A DNA stretch of 64,000 bases from Octopus vulgaris (taxonomy: Eukaryota), in assembly GCA_951406725.2 (NCBI GenBank), contig OX597820.1:54808001-54872000 (forward strand). The letters run 5' to 3'. The notes under the pieces were generated by a model, which saw only the letters and a list, made by a program, of their open reading frames with translations, was not told where the DNA came from and made no database searches. The position numbers and the translations under genes were made by a program. The first letter of the stretch is position 1. The number at the start of each line of letters is the position of its first letter. Shown here piece by piece: positions 25,640 through 38,409 of this stretch.

Positions 25640-26200
25640 TTCCTTTCTACTATAGGCACAAGGCCTGAAATTTGGAGGAGGAGATAAATTGATTACATTG
25701 ACATGATCGATGCCAGGGCCGCATGACTGGCTCCCATGCTGGTGGTGTGTAAAAAGTACCATCCGGATGTAGCCAGTGCCAGTGCCCCCTGACTAGCTCC
25801 CATGCCGGTGGCATGTAGAAAAGCACTATCAGAATGTGATTGATGCCAGGCCTGACTGACTGGCTCCTGTGCTGGCAGCATGTAAAAAGCAACCACTGAA
25901 CTCTTGGGGTGGTTGGCGTTAGGAAGGACATCCAGCTGTAGAAACATTGCCAGCTCAGATTGGAGCCTCGTGCAGCCACTGGCTTTCCAGACTTCAGTCA
26001 AACTGTTCAACCCATGCCAGCATGGAAAACGGACGTTAAGTGATAATGATGATGACCCCAGTGCATAACTAGTACTTGTTTCATCGACCCCCGAAAAGAT
26101 AAAAAGCAAAGTCAGCCACGGCGGAATTTGAATGTCAAACATAAAGATGGATGAAATGCCCCAAAGCACTTTTTCCAGCTGACTCTGTCAGCTCGCCACC
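25640..26200. mobile_element. Family B SINE (minus) interrupted by an RTE 3' tail (25703-26055, plus) with three ~66-nt units
   Basis: SINE sequence gattacattgac|cccagtgcataac is split by the insert. Confidence 0.75.
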
Positions 26201-26594
26201 TTAATACAATGACTAATAATAGTGAAAGAGAATATGTATAGTGTGTTAAATAAATACAGGTTATGTAGAACTGGGAGAGGACAGTTAGACATTCCTAAAG
26301 GACAAAATGGTATGACAAGCTTCTAATCAGATCTCTAGAAGAGGGAGAAGAGGATGAAGAAAAAGCTAGCGACATAGCAGGGTAATAGAGTAATATATAA
26401 ATGCCATGGTTGGGATACAGGTAGATGAGATGAAAAATTCATTTACAAGAATCAATAAATAGAAAGAAAAACACAGTTGGAAATGTCTCATGAACCTTTG
26501 ACTGACTAAGATTTATCTTTTTTTATAGTTTCAATTGAAGGGGAGATAAATTGCTTAGTCTTACATTTACGTTTAGAATGCATTATAAGAATAT

Positions 26595-26895
26595 CTTGTT
26601 CCTTCTCGAGCCATGTCTGGATCATTAGGGCTGGTTTCCCAGTTTCCTAGGTGTATAGGTTCCCCACCTGGACGGGACGCCGGTCTGTTGCAGGTGAGCT
26701 ACAAGATGCAGGAGGAAAGAGTGAGAGAAAGTTGTGGCAAAAGAGTCAGCAGAAGTTCACCATTACCTTCTGCCGGAGCCGCATGGAGCTTAGGTGGTTC
26801 GCTCATAAAGACACACATCGCCCGGTCTGAGATTCGAACCTGTGATCCCTTGACCATGAGTCCACTGCTCTAACCACTAGGCCATGTGCCTCCAC
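26595..26895 (-). mobile_element. tRNA-derived SINE family C (V/Meta-domain-like core)
   Basis: Head tggcctagtggttagagc..ggttcgaatctc and core gaccggcgtcccgtccagg..ggaaactgg on the minus strand. Confidence 0.65.
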
Positions 26896-27206
26896 ATAAG
26901 AATTTCATTTTTTGAGCCCTGGAAGAATGAAGGGCAAAGATGACCTTGACAGCATTTGAACTCAGAACAGAGAATTCTAACTGAATAATACAAGCTAGTT
27001 TGTCTGATGCTTTAATCATTCTACCAGTTCCCACATAGATTAGATTCTACTATATCAAAAATAACATTCCGAAATGATCTTGTACTATTTTAAGAGCCAG
27101 CTGTTGTGAGGTTATATAGAATGATTTTGTTGAGAAGCACAAATACTGGCAAAGGATTTAATGGATTTGATCTTACAATCTAAAAGCATGCTAGCCTGTT
27201 GTTAAT

Positions 27207-27942
27207 TGGTATGGCTGTGTGGTAAGAAGCTTGCTTTCCAACCACATTGTGCTGGGTTCAGTCCCACCACATGGTACCTTGGGTGAGTGCCTCCTACTAT
27301 AGCCTCAGGCTGAACAAAGCCTTGTGAGTGGATTTGGTAGATGGAAACTAAAAGAAACTTGTCATGTGTGTGTGTGTGCATGTGCCCATGCATGCGTTCG
27401 TGCATACGTATGTTTGTGTACGTGTGTGTGTCTGTGTTTGTCTCCCTCCATCACTGCTTGACAACCAGTGTTGGTATGTTTACATCCCCATAACTTAGCG
27501 GTTCAGCAAAAGTGACTGCTAGAATAAGTATTAGGATTTTTAAAAAAATAAGTCCTGGGGTTGATTTGTTTGACTAAAACCCTTCAATTCAGTGCTCCAG
27601 CATGGCTGCAGTCGTCTGATTGAAAGAAGTAAAAGAATAAAACAATCATCATCATCATCTTCATCGTTTAGCATCCGCTTTCCATGCTGGCATGGGTTGG
27701 ATTGTTCAACTGGTGTCCGGGAAGCCAGAAGGCTGCACCAGGCCCAGTCTGATCTGCCAATGTTTCTTCCTAACGCCAACCACTCCATGAGTATAGTGGG
27801 TGCTTTTTACGTGCCACCAGCACAGGTGCCAGACAAGGCTGGCAAATGGCCACGATCAGATGGTGCTTTTTACGTGCCACCGGCATGGAGGCCAGTCGGG
27901 GCGGCGCTGGCATCGGCCACGTTCGGATAAAAGAATAAAACC
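27207..27942. mobile_element. Family A SINE with an RTE tail inserted in its A-rich end (TSD taaaagaataaaac)
   Basis: 14-bp duplication at about 27630 and 27928 brackets the minus-strand RTE tail. Confidence 0.8.
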
Positions 27943-28810
27943 ATTTGGCATGTACACTGCAAAGGGGTTACTGAACAAGAAATATGAATGAGTTAGAGAT
28001 TTCTGTCCTTATGAAAAAACTAACAAAAAAACCATTTGTTGGGATCAGTAGGAAGACAACTAGCCAATGGGGTGCTTCTATTATATAGTTCAACATGCTA
28101 GAAATAGCAGTCAGATTGCCCTCCAATCACATATTGCTATCATTAAAAAAATAAGAAGGGCACACTGGTGAAAGTAGTTCAATATATCTCTTAAAAAGAT
28201 GCCATGCTCACATTTTGAATGTCTTTGATCGTAGGTCTGCTCTGTCAGAGGCCACCTGGAACTTGAAAAACAACAGCTACAGCCGTGGTAAGACATTGAA
28301 TAAGGAAATTAAGAGCATGAGGACAAATGAAGGTGTAGGTCATTCAAAGAGACGCTGAAGACATGAAAGGATTTGGTGTCCAAATAATACTTCTCCAAGA
28401 ATCACAGGTAACATTTAATATTCTTTCTGCTTCACAATGATGTATATATAAACAACAGAATACTCAATGTTCCAATCTAAAATAGGAACTATAAAAGTGT
28501 ACAGCTCACTCATTTATGCTGTGGGGGCACTATACAAGTGATGAATGCTTTGTTAGTTTGCTGTATTGATTTCAACTTTGAATATAGCTTTGAAAGGGAT
28601 GGGTTACTTCAGGCTAAATTACATATACTACATGAAGATACAGCCTTCAGTAGTACCTCTATAATCTCACAGTATTTCTATCGTGTTAATTTGTTCCTGG
28701 CAGTCAAATATGCATACTGTATATACTTGTGTATGTTGCCCATTAACCCCTCATTACTTAACTGATTCTCATATAAGTCACAGGCTATTTATCAATACTG
28801 CATATATATA

Positions 28811-29118
28811 CAGAGTGAGGGACATAGCTGAGCAAGAGACCAACAAAACTTCTTATAGCACCAAAGATGAACTGAAGGCAAGACTTATGGCAGCATTCAC
28901 CAACTTAAACAAGGAGACCTTCCAGAAGAGTTACAGGAGATTCTAAAGTTGTCTGGCAGCCATGGTTGAAGCCGATGGCGATTTTATTGAATACATTTAC
29001 TCTTTAGTATTTCAAGATATTTTTATGTAATTTTGGTAAATATATCTGTTAAAATGAGATGTCAGTGTTATTTTCCTTTTTGTATAATTTAGACGACAGT
29101 TTGTTCACCGTACCCTGT
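28811..29118 (+). mobile_element. Internally deleted Tc1/mariner (DD37D/maT-like) element
   Basis: ETNKTSYSTKDELKARLMAAFTNLNKETFQKSYRRF*SCLAAMVEADGDFIE transposase C-terminus. Ends ta-cagagtg / accctg-ta. Confidence 0.7.
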
Positions 29119-32100
29119 ATGAATATATGCTTAGATGAAAAGCCCATCCTTATGTTAATGAACCTTTAATTTTGTATATTTAATTATTTGATTTCATTGA
29201 TTACTTGCAATAACAAAAGATACAACACACCCCAACTATTCAGGCTATCTAATTATATCAAATGTATTTTCTGGTGTAAAACATGTTTGGAGGTATATCA
29301 AAGGGAGTAAATTACAGGCCAGCTAAGCATGGATTATACATAATGGCAGTTTGTTCTACTTCCATATGAGGGGTAACTATTTATGGTAGCAATTTAGTTT
29401 ATGTTGCAAATACCAAAGCCCCTCAACATTATTCACTTTGAGCAACATTATTACTGTTTAGTAAGATTAACTTACAAAGGAATTTTGTCGCCCTTTATAA
29501 GTTGAGGAGAGTTGGCTATTATTTTGCAACAAGTGGTGTAACTTTTAGTCATCATCATATCCATCATTTTCATTACCATAATTATTTCCATAGGTACAGG
29601 CATGACTTCCCAACCACATGGTTCCAGGATTAGCCCCACTGCATAGCACCTTGAGCAAGTGCCTTCTACTATATCCTCAGGCTGACCAAAGCCTTGTGAG
29701 TGGATTTGGTAGTCAGAAACTGAAAGAAGCTTATTGTATGTATGTGTGTTTGTGTTTCCTCTACCACCACTTGACAACTGGTGTAGGTGTGTTTACATTC
29801 CCTTAACTCAGCAGTTTAGTTAAAGAGACCAATAAAATAAGCACAAGGCTTAAAAAGAAAAATATTGGGGGTGGGGTGGGCGATTAATTTCATAAATTCT
29901 TCAAGGTGGTAGATCAGTCTAGAAGCAAGTAAAAGATATAATCCACACCAAAGCATGGGAGTTAACATAATATCATGATTTCATGATTGATCATTCAAAA
30001 ATTGGTTGCTAAGCAATATTTATTTTTATAGACCATTATGAATCCCAATTATCAAAATTGTGATGAAATTATTCGGTCTTCTAACCTATTTTTTTGAAAG
30101 TTATGAGGAAACAAAGTTGACTTGTGTTAATTCTACAAATTCAAATATAATCGGAATCTAAACCATCTGAAACATACTTGTAGAAAATTTCATTAAACAT
30201 ATCCAATTTTTTCTGGAAGTTATGAGGAAACAAAGTCGGGAGAGGGAGGTGTGCATTTCTGTAGATTTGCCAAAACTACACCCCCAGATTTCTAAGACAA
30301 ATATCATGGGGCTGATATGTTATTTTTTGCTTCATGGAAAAATTTCATTTAGTAAACGAATATTATTAAATAATAGTCTCCAAATTCACATCAACATTTA
30401 TTTTGATTCAAGCTTCATGTAAAGTATAAACTACTGACTTATAAGACTAAAATTTATTTCAATTTGAGATCACAAACCGAAAGAATGCCATAATACTGAC
30501 AAAAGAATCGTAAATGAAGAAACCACTAAAACAGACAATAAATAAATAGGATATTACAGGAGTAGTAAGAATGGATAACTATTCACGCAAATCTGACAGA
30601 CAAGGTTGATAGGCCAACTTAGTTTTAAAAAAAAATACACTGACACAATTTCCCCGGCCTATATCAATTAACCTCTTCCCGCCCTCTCTGCCCCTCCTCG
30701 AACTTTGAGAGCAAAAGTTTAAATAAGGGGGAGATAACCCTACAAAACCACAAAAATACTTTATATATCTCCATACACACAAATATTTCATATAGAGTTG
30801 TTGGAAAAGTGAGGCCACTTTTATGGTGTTGTAATATATTTCTTATTACACGGGTATTGCAGGTAAATGATTACCATTCTTACTCTTAGATGAATGCTTT
30901 TATTGTGTAAAGTAGCCCGATGCAGTAAGTAGTAGTCTTGCCAAAATTGAAATGTAACAAGGCGGGAAGTTTGAAGAATTTGAAGAACAGATGGTGCGAA
31001 AATATTTTCTTAGATATTTCTTTGTGTTAACATTTAAAGTGGGTCTTATGATCTCTAAAACAACAGCTCTATCCTGCTATATATATATATATAATATCAT
31101 ATCATATTATATTATTTCAAAACTAACGAATTTCTGGCATAATGTAGTGAGTCATATTTTGGAAAATGATTCGGTCATTGTCGTCTGATCTTTAACCTTT
31201 ATCCTATTTCTTTAGACTTTTTCCATTCTAATTTTAGTTAGAGGCTTTTTATTGTGTATTTTGTGAAAAAATAATCCAGCACTATTAAGTAGAAGTTTTA
31301 GTGTTAACATACACATTGAAACTGTCTTAAATTTAAAAAAAGACAAAAAAAAAATTGGTCTTTTTTAAAAAAAATTTCCTTCATTAGAATTAAGTTTCTA
31401 CTGAATTCCTAAAGGTTTGAAGCTAAAATGTATTAATTTTAACGGCATAAAATCTTCAGTCCCATCTTCAAAGTTTTTCTTTGTCACGTCATTCGATCCC
31501 AGCAGTGTTTTTCTTTACTTCCTACGAAACCAAAGTAATGCAATTCTTGCATCCTTTTCCATTAATTTCTTTTTCTTTCATATATTTCTGAGGTTCTGGC
31601 TGTGACAAAAGAAAAACAAACATGAAAGGTGACAACTAAAAATTTTACACCGTTATCTTTTGGTCGTTTTACACTTCGTACAAGTACCTGCTGCTGCTTG
31701 CTTCCGAAAAGTTTATCACTTGCTCTGTTCAACTCCTTTCTTATCACGGCACATCAGTTTTACGAATTTCATTAACTATCGTTAAGTACTTAGGTTTATT
31801 CATTCGACTACTTCAATCCCTCTACATTTGTGGCCTTGTGTTTACGCTAGAAGTAATTAGTAATGACCAAACTGAATGTGTTCGAAGTACGTTTATGTCA
31901 CGAACGTGTGAGAATTAGAAATAGTCGCACGCCTAATCGTCTCTGGATACTGTATCGCTGAATAGTTTAAAAGACAGGTAATTAAACACTATATTTTGTA
32001 CGCGAAATATATTGTAAAATAGCTACAACATATGCCATTAATTTCCGGTGCGAAAATTACACGTGGGTATAAACAAGAGAGCTGTTGTAATGCATCTGAG

Positions 32101-33374
32101 CACTATATAAACAATTTTTTTCATGTATTATAGTTGTTGATTAACTAGAGACCTGCTCTGATCAAGGGAGACATGATCGAAAGAAGGCATTCAATCCGTT
32201 ACAAAATTCACTTTTATTCGAACATATTATGTCAAGGAGTATGTTATGATGCAATGTTTTCTGCCATTCATAAAACTATAATTCGAAGATTTGACCGTTT
32301 CTAGCAGTTTGATCAACCACAGAAAGACGACTCTCATTGGAGCGACTGTGGAATTGAAGTGTTTGTTGTGAGTCACAGAGAAAAATCCACAACAAAAGTT
32401 GTGAAGTTTCACATCCCAACTTATGCAGTTGTATCCATCTTTTGATGGATGGACGCCGCAAAGTGGACTTGGTGTCGGCAACTGTTTTTTTTTTTTTTGG
32501 TAATACAATGAGTTTTTTTGGGTTGTCTCAAAAATAATTCAAAGGGCAATACAATTGTCCCCTTGGTGCGATGTATCATAAAGGAGCATGTGCATACCTC
32601 TATATTTTTTATTGATTTCCTGTTTTGCATTTTACCATTCTCTTACAGTTTACAAATGTAAATTATTGTTGTTGTTTTTTCCCACTGTATTGTTCTGAAT
32701 TTTAATTGTAACAGTTTCAAATGATATAAAATTTAACATTTCTTTTTGGTAGATTCATTAGGAATTACGATTGTCTGGTGAAAGGCATTCCAACCATAGC
32801 CGTCTCGTCGTTATTGTTTACCGGACTACACTATGACGTTAAGGTCAGGGAGAGCGTGATTTTGTGTAAATTTGGTTGGTTTTCTATTAATCGAACTCCG
32901 ACGTTAAGATACCTTTGTGTTGGTTCCTTAAATGTATGTGTCTTCGTGTTCGTGTCCCATCACTGCTTGACAATCGGTGCTGGTTTGTTTACATCCCCTT
33001 TAAGCGGTTCGAAAAAAGAGATTGATAGAATAGGTATTGGGATGGTTCGGCTGAACCCTTCGAGGCGGTGCCCCAGCATGGCTGCAGTCCAGTGGCAAGA
33101 GATAGGTGTGTGTGATTAGGAAATTTGTTTTGCAATCAAGTAGTTTGAGCTATTGTCTTCTACTATAGCGTAAGGTTGACTAATATTTATGAAATCGATG
33201 AAGTAAGAACCGATGTAGTCCAATATAGTCACAGTCAGATGACTGAACCTATTAAAAACCCGTGAAATAGGTGTATATGTATTGAATATTGTGACACAAA
33301 TATGGATTAAAAAGCTCGATGGAAACACATGATATATGTATATTTTAATGGGAAACCCCAGAACGTTGCACTAA

Positions 33375-33580
33375 GATGGAACTGACCGCGTGTGAACCGT
33401 TGGCGATTTTTTTTCCTCCGTCTTCCCTTCTCTGGATCTTTCCTTTTCCTATGTTTCTGACGAAGAGCTCCGCTTAAAACGTTAAACCCTCCTTCTTCCC
33501 TTCCTTCCTGAGCATCCAATAATACTATATTTGCTCCACGTCCTCGCGTTGTTGTGTTTTCATGTTTGGATTAACTTTAT
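33375..33580 (+). mobile_element. Short non-coding element with minimal hammerhead (33453-33487), ending in (TA)n
   Basis: Close copy of 59850-60050. gttt-CTGACGA-agagc-tcc-gctt-AAAA-cgtt-aaac (CG>TA decay of gctc-GAAA). Confidence 0.65.
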
Positions 33581-33594
33581 ATATATATATATTT

Positions 33595-33945
33595 GTGCAG
33601 GCATGACTGTGTGGTAAGGAGTTTGCTTCCCAGCCACATGGTTCTAGGTTCAGATCATACTGTGGCAAGTTAGGCAAATGTTTTGTACTATAGCCTCGAG
33701 CTGACCAAAACCTTGTGAGTGGATTTGGTAGACAGAAACTGAAAGAAGCTCATGTGTGTTCATCACCACCACAGAGTAGGTGTGTTTATGTTCCCTGTAA
33801 CTTAGCAGTTCGGCAAATAAATCCAATGGAATAAGGACTAGGCTTTAAAAAAATAAATACTGGGATCGATTCATTCAATTAAAGATTGTTTAAGGCAGTG
33901 CCCTATCATGACTGCAGTCTGATTGAAACAAAGAAAAAAGTTAAA
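33595..33945 (+). mobile_element. Family A SINE just upstream of RRP8
   Basis: Head, body and tail as in 6912-7302. Confidence 0.8.
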
Positions 33946-34058
33946 GCTATTTTATCTTTATTTTGTTGTTGCAGTTTTAACAATTATATTGTTGTTTAAT
34001 AAATTGGACTTTATTGTTTATTAAAATACTTCTTTTTCTTTTTTAATCAAGGTTAATA

Positions 34059-35081
34059 ATGCCTTCATCTAGTGAAAGTGATATACCTGATCCATTTTTA
34101 ACTAAACGTCGAAAAAAGAGGAAAATTATACATAAAAAGGCATCCAGTTCTCAGAAATCAGTTTCTGCCAGTGCAAGTGAAGTTGTATCTAAAATCACCA
34201 ACTTATCAAGATATCTACCTTCAAACAAGCTAACTGAAAAGAGCAAAAATAAAAAAAGATGGAAGGATATTAGAAAGCAAAATCAAAAGGTTGATAGCAT
34301 TGTTCTGAAGAAAAGCCAGGGGATTTGCAAAAGCAAAAATTTGCCCAAAGGAAAGAGTTTAAAGAAATTACAATTGGCAATGGGTGTAAAATGTTCAAAA
34401 GATGAGAAGAAAGACAAGCAAGCTGAGCACATTCATAAATTACAAGAGAAACTTAATGCTGCAAGGTTCCGTTATTTAAATGAAAAATTATATACTGAGA
34501 CTGGACAGAAATCGTACATTTATTTCCAGTCTGACAAAGAAGCATTCAAAATATATCACAGTGGTTTCCAAAGTCAGGTGAAGAAATGGCCTGTGAATCC
34601 TCTTGAAAAAATCCTTGATTATGTACGACAGACACCACGCTCATCGAAAGTTGTAGACTTTGGTTGTGGTGAGGCTCTGCTAGCACAAAATGTCCCACAT
34701 GAGGTGTTCTCGTATGATCTTGTGGCTTTGAACAAACATGTCACTGCTTGTGATATGGCACATGTGCCACTCAAGATTGCCAGTATGGATACAGCTGTCT
34801 TTTGTTTGTCTTTGATGGGTACCAATATGGTTGACTACATTGCTGAAGCTGCTCGGGTACTGAAACACAAAGGTATCTTGCTGGTTGCTGAAGTGGTCAG
34901 TCGATTCAAGAAACAGCTTGACTTTGTGAGAGAAATTGAGAAAATGGGTTTCTCACATTTGTCAACTTCCAGTTACAAACTGTTTGTGATAATGAAATTT
35001 ATGAGAGATTCTTCAAAACCTAAAAAAGACAAACAGAACATTTCTTTAAGCTTAAAGCCATGTGTGTATAAGAAGAGATGA
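34059..35081 (+). CDS. RRP8: Ribosomal RNA-processing protein 8 (nucleomethylin; 25S/28S rRNA adenine-N1 methyltransferase)
   Basis: 340-aa ORF with a Lys-rich N-terminus, then KLNAARFRYLNEKLY, YHSGFQSQVKKWPVNP, SAM motif VVDFGCGEA, AVFCLSLMGTN, EAARVLK, AEVVSRF and terminal PCVYKKR. Polypyrimidine/AG acceptor at 34031-34051 just upstream. Confidence 0.96.
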   Translation: MPSSSESDIPDPFLTKRRKKRKIIHKKASSSQKSVSASASEVVSKITNLSRYLPSNKLTEKSKNKKRWKDIRKQNQKVDSIVLKKSQGICKSKNLPKGKSLKKLQLAMGVKCSKDEKKDKQAEHIHKLQEKLNAARFRYLNEKLYTETGQKSYIYFQSDKEAFKIYHSGFQSQVKKWPVNPLEKILDYVRQTPRSSKVVDFGCGEALLAQNVPHEVFSYDLVALNKHVTACDMAHVPLKIASMDTAVFCLSLMGTNMVDYIAEAARVLKHKGILLVAEVVSRFKKQLDFVREIEKMGFSHLSTSSYKLFVIMKFMRDSSKPKKDKQNISLSLKPCVYKKR

Positions 35082-36276
35082 TGTGCCAATAATTGACAAT
35101 AATTTACCTTAAGTTCTATTTACAGAAACAACCAGACCATGTTCCTTACATACACTGTATATGCCTTCATGTCTATACACTAACATTAGATTAAAAACAT
35201 GTACTCCAATAGTACAGATGACTATGGTTACATATTGAAATTATGCTGACTACATTCAATTTTTCATGTACGAAACATACAAACATACATACACACACAC
35301 ACACTTGTCTACAAGAATGCATGCATATAGAAAATGTTAAATAGTTATTTAAAATTGTGCTTATGCTCATATATGTACTAAGAAATGCATACATACTTGT
35401 ATTTTGTATGACTATTGCCACACTGTATTAATCTGCTATATATTGTAAATTATGTGCCTTGACTAAACCATAACCTCATTGCATATCAAAACACGTCTTC
35501 CATGCCACATTGATGATGCTTTGTGTAACATATCGAAAATTTTGTACAACATTTCACCATAACTTATATTATCATGCTTTTAAAAAGCTGCTATTCTTTT
35601 GGTCCATGTAGCCTCAGTATTTGAATAATGATTTCTCATGTCAACATAAATTGTAAAGGAGTGCATAGCTGATTGAATCACAAAATATTTGAAATATGAA
35701 AAGCAGGAGTTAGAGTTAACATTAAGGTATAATAATTAAACACTATAAGGCACTTTTGGGTGGCAGCTTACCATTTCTACCATTCATTGAGATCCTAAAA
35801 CCAAGCTGCTATGTAAAAAGCATTGGTGTGGATGCTGGTGCCACGTAAAAAAGCACTCAGTATACTTTAAAGTGGTTGGCATCAGGAAGGGCATCCAGTC
35901 GTAGAATCCAAGCCAAACAGGCTGTGGAACATTGTGTGGCCCCTGGCCTTGCCAGTCCCTATCAAACGTCCAACCCATGCCAGCATGGAAAACATGTTGG
36001 ATGATGATGATGATACTGTTCTTGTAGGAGTTTAATATTAATTTGAAGTATATTTAGATACTGAAACTGGGGTGTTGTAGTAAATATATTGAAAGTATTT
36101 GGTAGTTTTTTTTTTGTTGTTTTTTTGTTGTCTTCCTTTATGTTCTGAGTTCAAATCCAGCTCGGGTTCACTTAACATTTAATCTCTTTGGATTTGATAA
36201 ATTATCTACTGAGACTGAAATAGTTGACTATGGACTCCACTTCTGTACAAAATTTTGACTTGTGTTCTTATATCAG

Positions 36277-36615
36277 TGGATGCAGCCATGCTTGGGCTCC
36301 ACCTTGAAGGTTGTAGCCAAATAAATTGACTCCAGCACTTAATTGAAGCCTGGTACTTATTATATCAGTCTCTTTTGCTGATCTACTAAGTCACAGAGAC
36401 ATAAACTAACATCAGTTGTCAAGTATTGGTGGGGACAAACACAAAGATACATAGAGGACCAGCTTCTTTCAGTTTTCTTCTACGAAATCCACCCACATGG
36501 CTTTGGTTGGCCTGAAGCTATAATGGAAAACACTTGTTCAAGGTACTGTGCAGTGGGACTGAATCCAAGACCATGTGGTTGGGAACCAGATTTCTTACCA
36601 CACAGCCATACCTGT
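36277..36615 (-). mobile_element. Family A SINE
   Basis: Reverse complement of head and tail motifs. Confidence 0.8.
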
Positions 36616-36786
36616 GTCTGTGTTAAAAATCATAAATTAAATGGATGAGGCTGATAGCTAAAATGGTAGAGTGCTAGACCAAATTTCTGAGTTTATGGAT
36701 TTATTATGTGTAATTGAAGGTTCAGTATTTGTTGTTGACTTATCTCCAGTATAGTTGGAGAATATCTTGTCTTGAAGAATTTTATT

Positions 36787-37002
36787 ATAAAGGAGTGCTG
36801 AAAAGTTCCTGGTGTTAAGGGTATTGTGAAAGGCCTGGTTGGAGGCCCAACCTTCCGAGTTCTTTACAGAGCTTAGAAAAGCTGGAGGACTGCTGCAACA
36901 AGTTTGTGAATCTGAGAGAATATGTTGAATAAAATTATAATTAACTGATCCTCCTGTATTTTCTTTTACCTCAAACCAAGAACTTTTCAGCACCCCATCG
37001 TA
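36787..37002. mobile_element. Mariner-type MITE
   Basis: TIRs gtgctgaaaagttcctgg / ccaagaacttttcagcac with TA flanks. Second copy at 46614-46828. Confidence 0.8.
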
Positions 37003-37389
37003 TATGGCGTATCAAATGCTGCAGTTCATTACAGAAGAAATAAATCATTGAGTAGGTATGGGAATGTAACAATTTAGAATGAGATCTGTCTAATCTTGCT
37101 CTAGTCATTACTAACTTTGTTTTTCTGAACACAAAAGTTAGCTTGATATAGCCTTAACATAGTGTTCTATGCAGGAGGGGGATTTTTGTTGTTTCTCTCT
37201 AAACACTGACGGAATTTCTGCAGTTTATGTAAAGCTAATTTGCTTGATATCAGATCTATTAAGTTCAGCACCATACATTTCTGCATTAAAATCATACTGG
37301 GTAGTTGTTTAACACCGGCCCAGCACTGATTAAGCAGGCCTATGTCAGAATTGTCAAGCCAGAAACATTTTCCACTTTTTTTTTCCTGC

Positions 37390-37930
37390 CTTTAACCCTC
37401 CAGCGTGGAGTATAGGCCACTTATAGTTGAATTCCATGTCGCATAATTTTTCGCTTCTGTACTTATACTCTACCATGAATGTTCCCCTTTCTCTAGTTCC
37501 TTCTGTGTTGATATATGCCACGAGTTCTTAGGCCTACCTTTCTTTGTATATCCATCCAGATTCCACTGTAAAGCACTTTTCACTACATTCGGTTTGTCTT
37601 TTCTAATTGTGCTACCAATCCACTTCCACTTTTTCTTAAGTATTTGCTCCCTAATCGAAACTTGATTTGTTCTTTGCCATAGCTCCATATTGCTTATGTG
37701 TTCAGGCCATCTAATTTTAAGTATACTATGCAAGCATCTGTTGATGAATGATTGTATTTGCTTATTTGACTTAACTGTTGTTCACCATGTCTCAGCCCCA
37801 TACAATAACACCGCTTTTACGTTAGTGTTAAAAATTCTTATTTTGTTCTTTATTGAAATTACACTTGTGCTCCATACTTTTTTTTAACAGGTGAAAAGCG
37901 GTCCTTGCCTTACTTATTCCCGTCTTAATA
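37390..37930 (-). mobile_element. Second RTE-clade (BovB/SR2-like) LINE 3' fragment
   Basis: IFNTNVKAVLLYGAETW, SILKIRWPEHISNMELWQRTNQ, WKWIGSTIRK, KGRPKNSW. Confidence 0.85.
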
Positions 37931-38409
37931 TCTTATTAAGAAGATGAGAATAAGTTTCCACTTATAACCATCTAAATATTTCTTTCTTTCCTAGTGTGTC
38001 TAAACTACATTATTTGGTGTGCCTGTCCTATTTTCTAGATGAAAGGGTATGCTCTGGGAGAGATTAGGCTGGAATGTCTACCATGTTGGGTGACAACAGA
38101 CACTCCTTCATTGGAAATTTTGTTCTGCTATGTTTCTCATATTTCTGAATGGGTGAATAAAATATTTATATTAATAATATATTTAAGGATAAGCTAATTG
38201 ACAGTCTTTATTTGTTTTGTACTTTTTCTTAGAGTATATAGGAATAATTGGGTTTGGCAAAGGGTATTTCAATGATTTTTCAATGCTTAGCCATTCTGTA
38301 TGTGTGTGTTCAGCTAAATCTTGTGAGAATCATATGCATATACACCAAAAGTCTGTTCTAAAAAAGCTAAGCTTAAAAAAAAAAAAACGAATTCATTTCT
38401 TGTGATTTA

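Noticed and set aside
25703-25895. Repeat-spacer-like array resembling CRISPR
   Set aside because: Eukaryotic retroelement 3' UTR. Units are degenerate, linkers are homologous to each other, and there are no cas genes.
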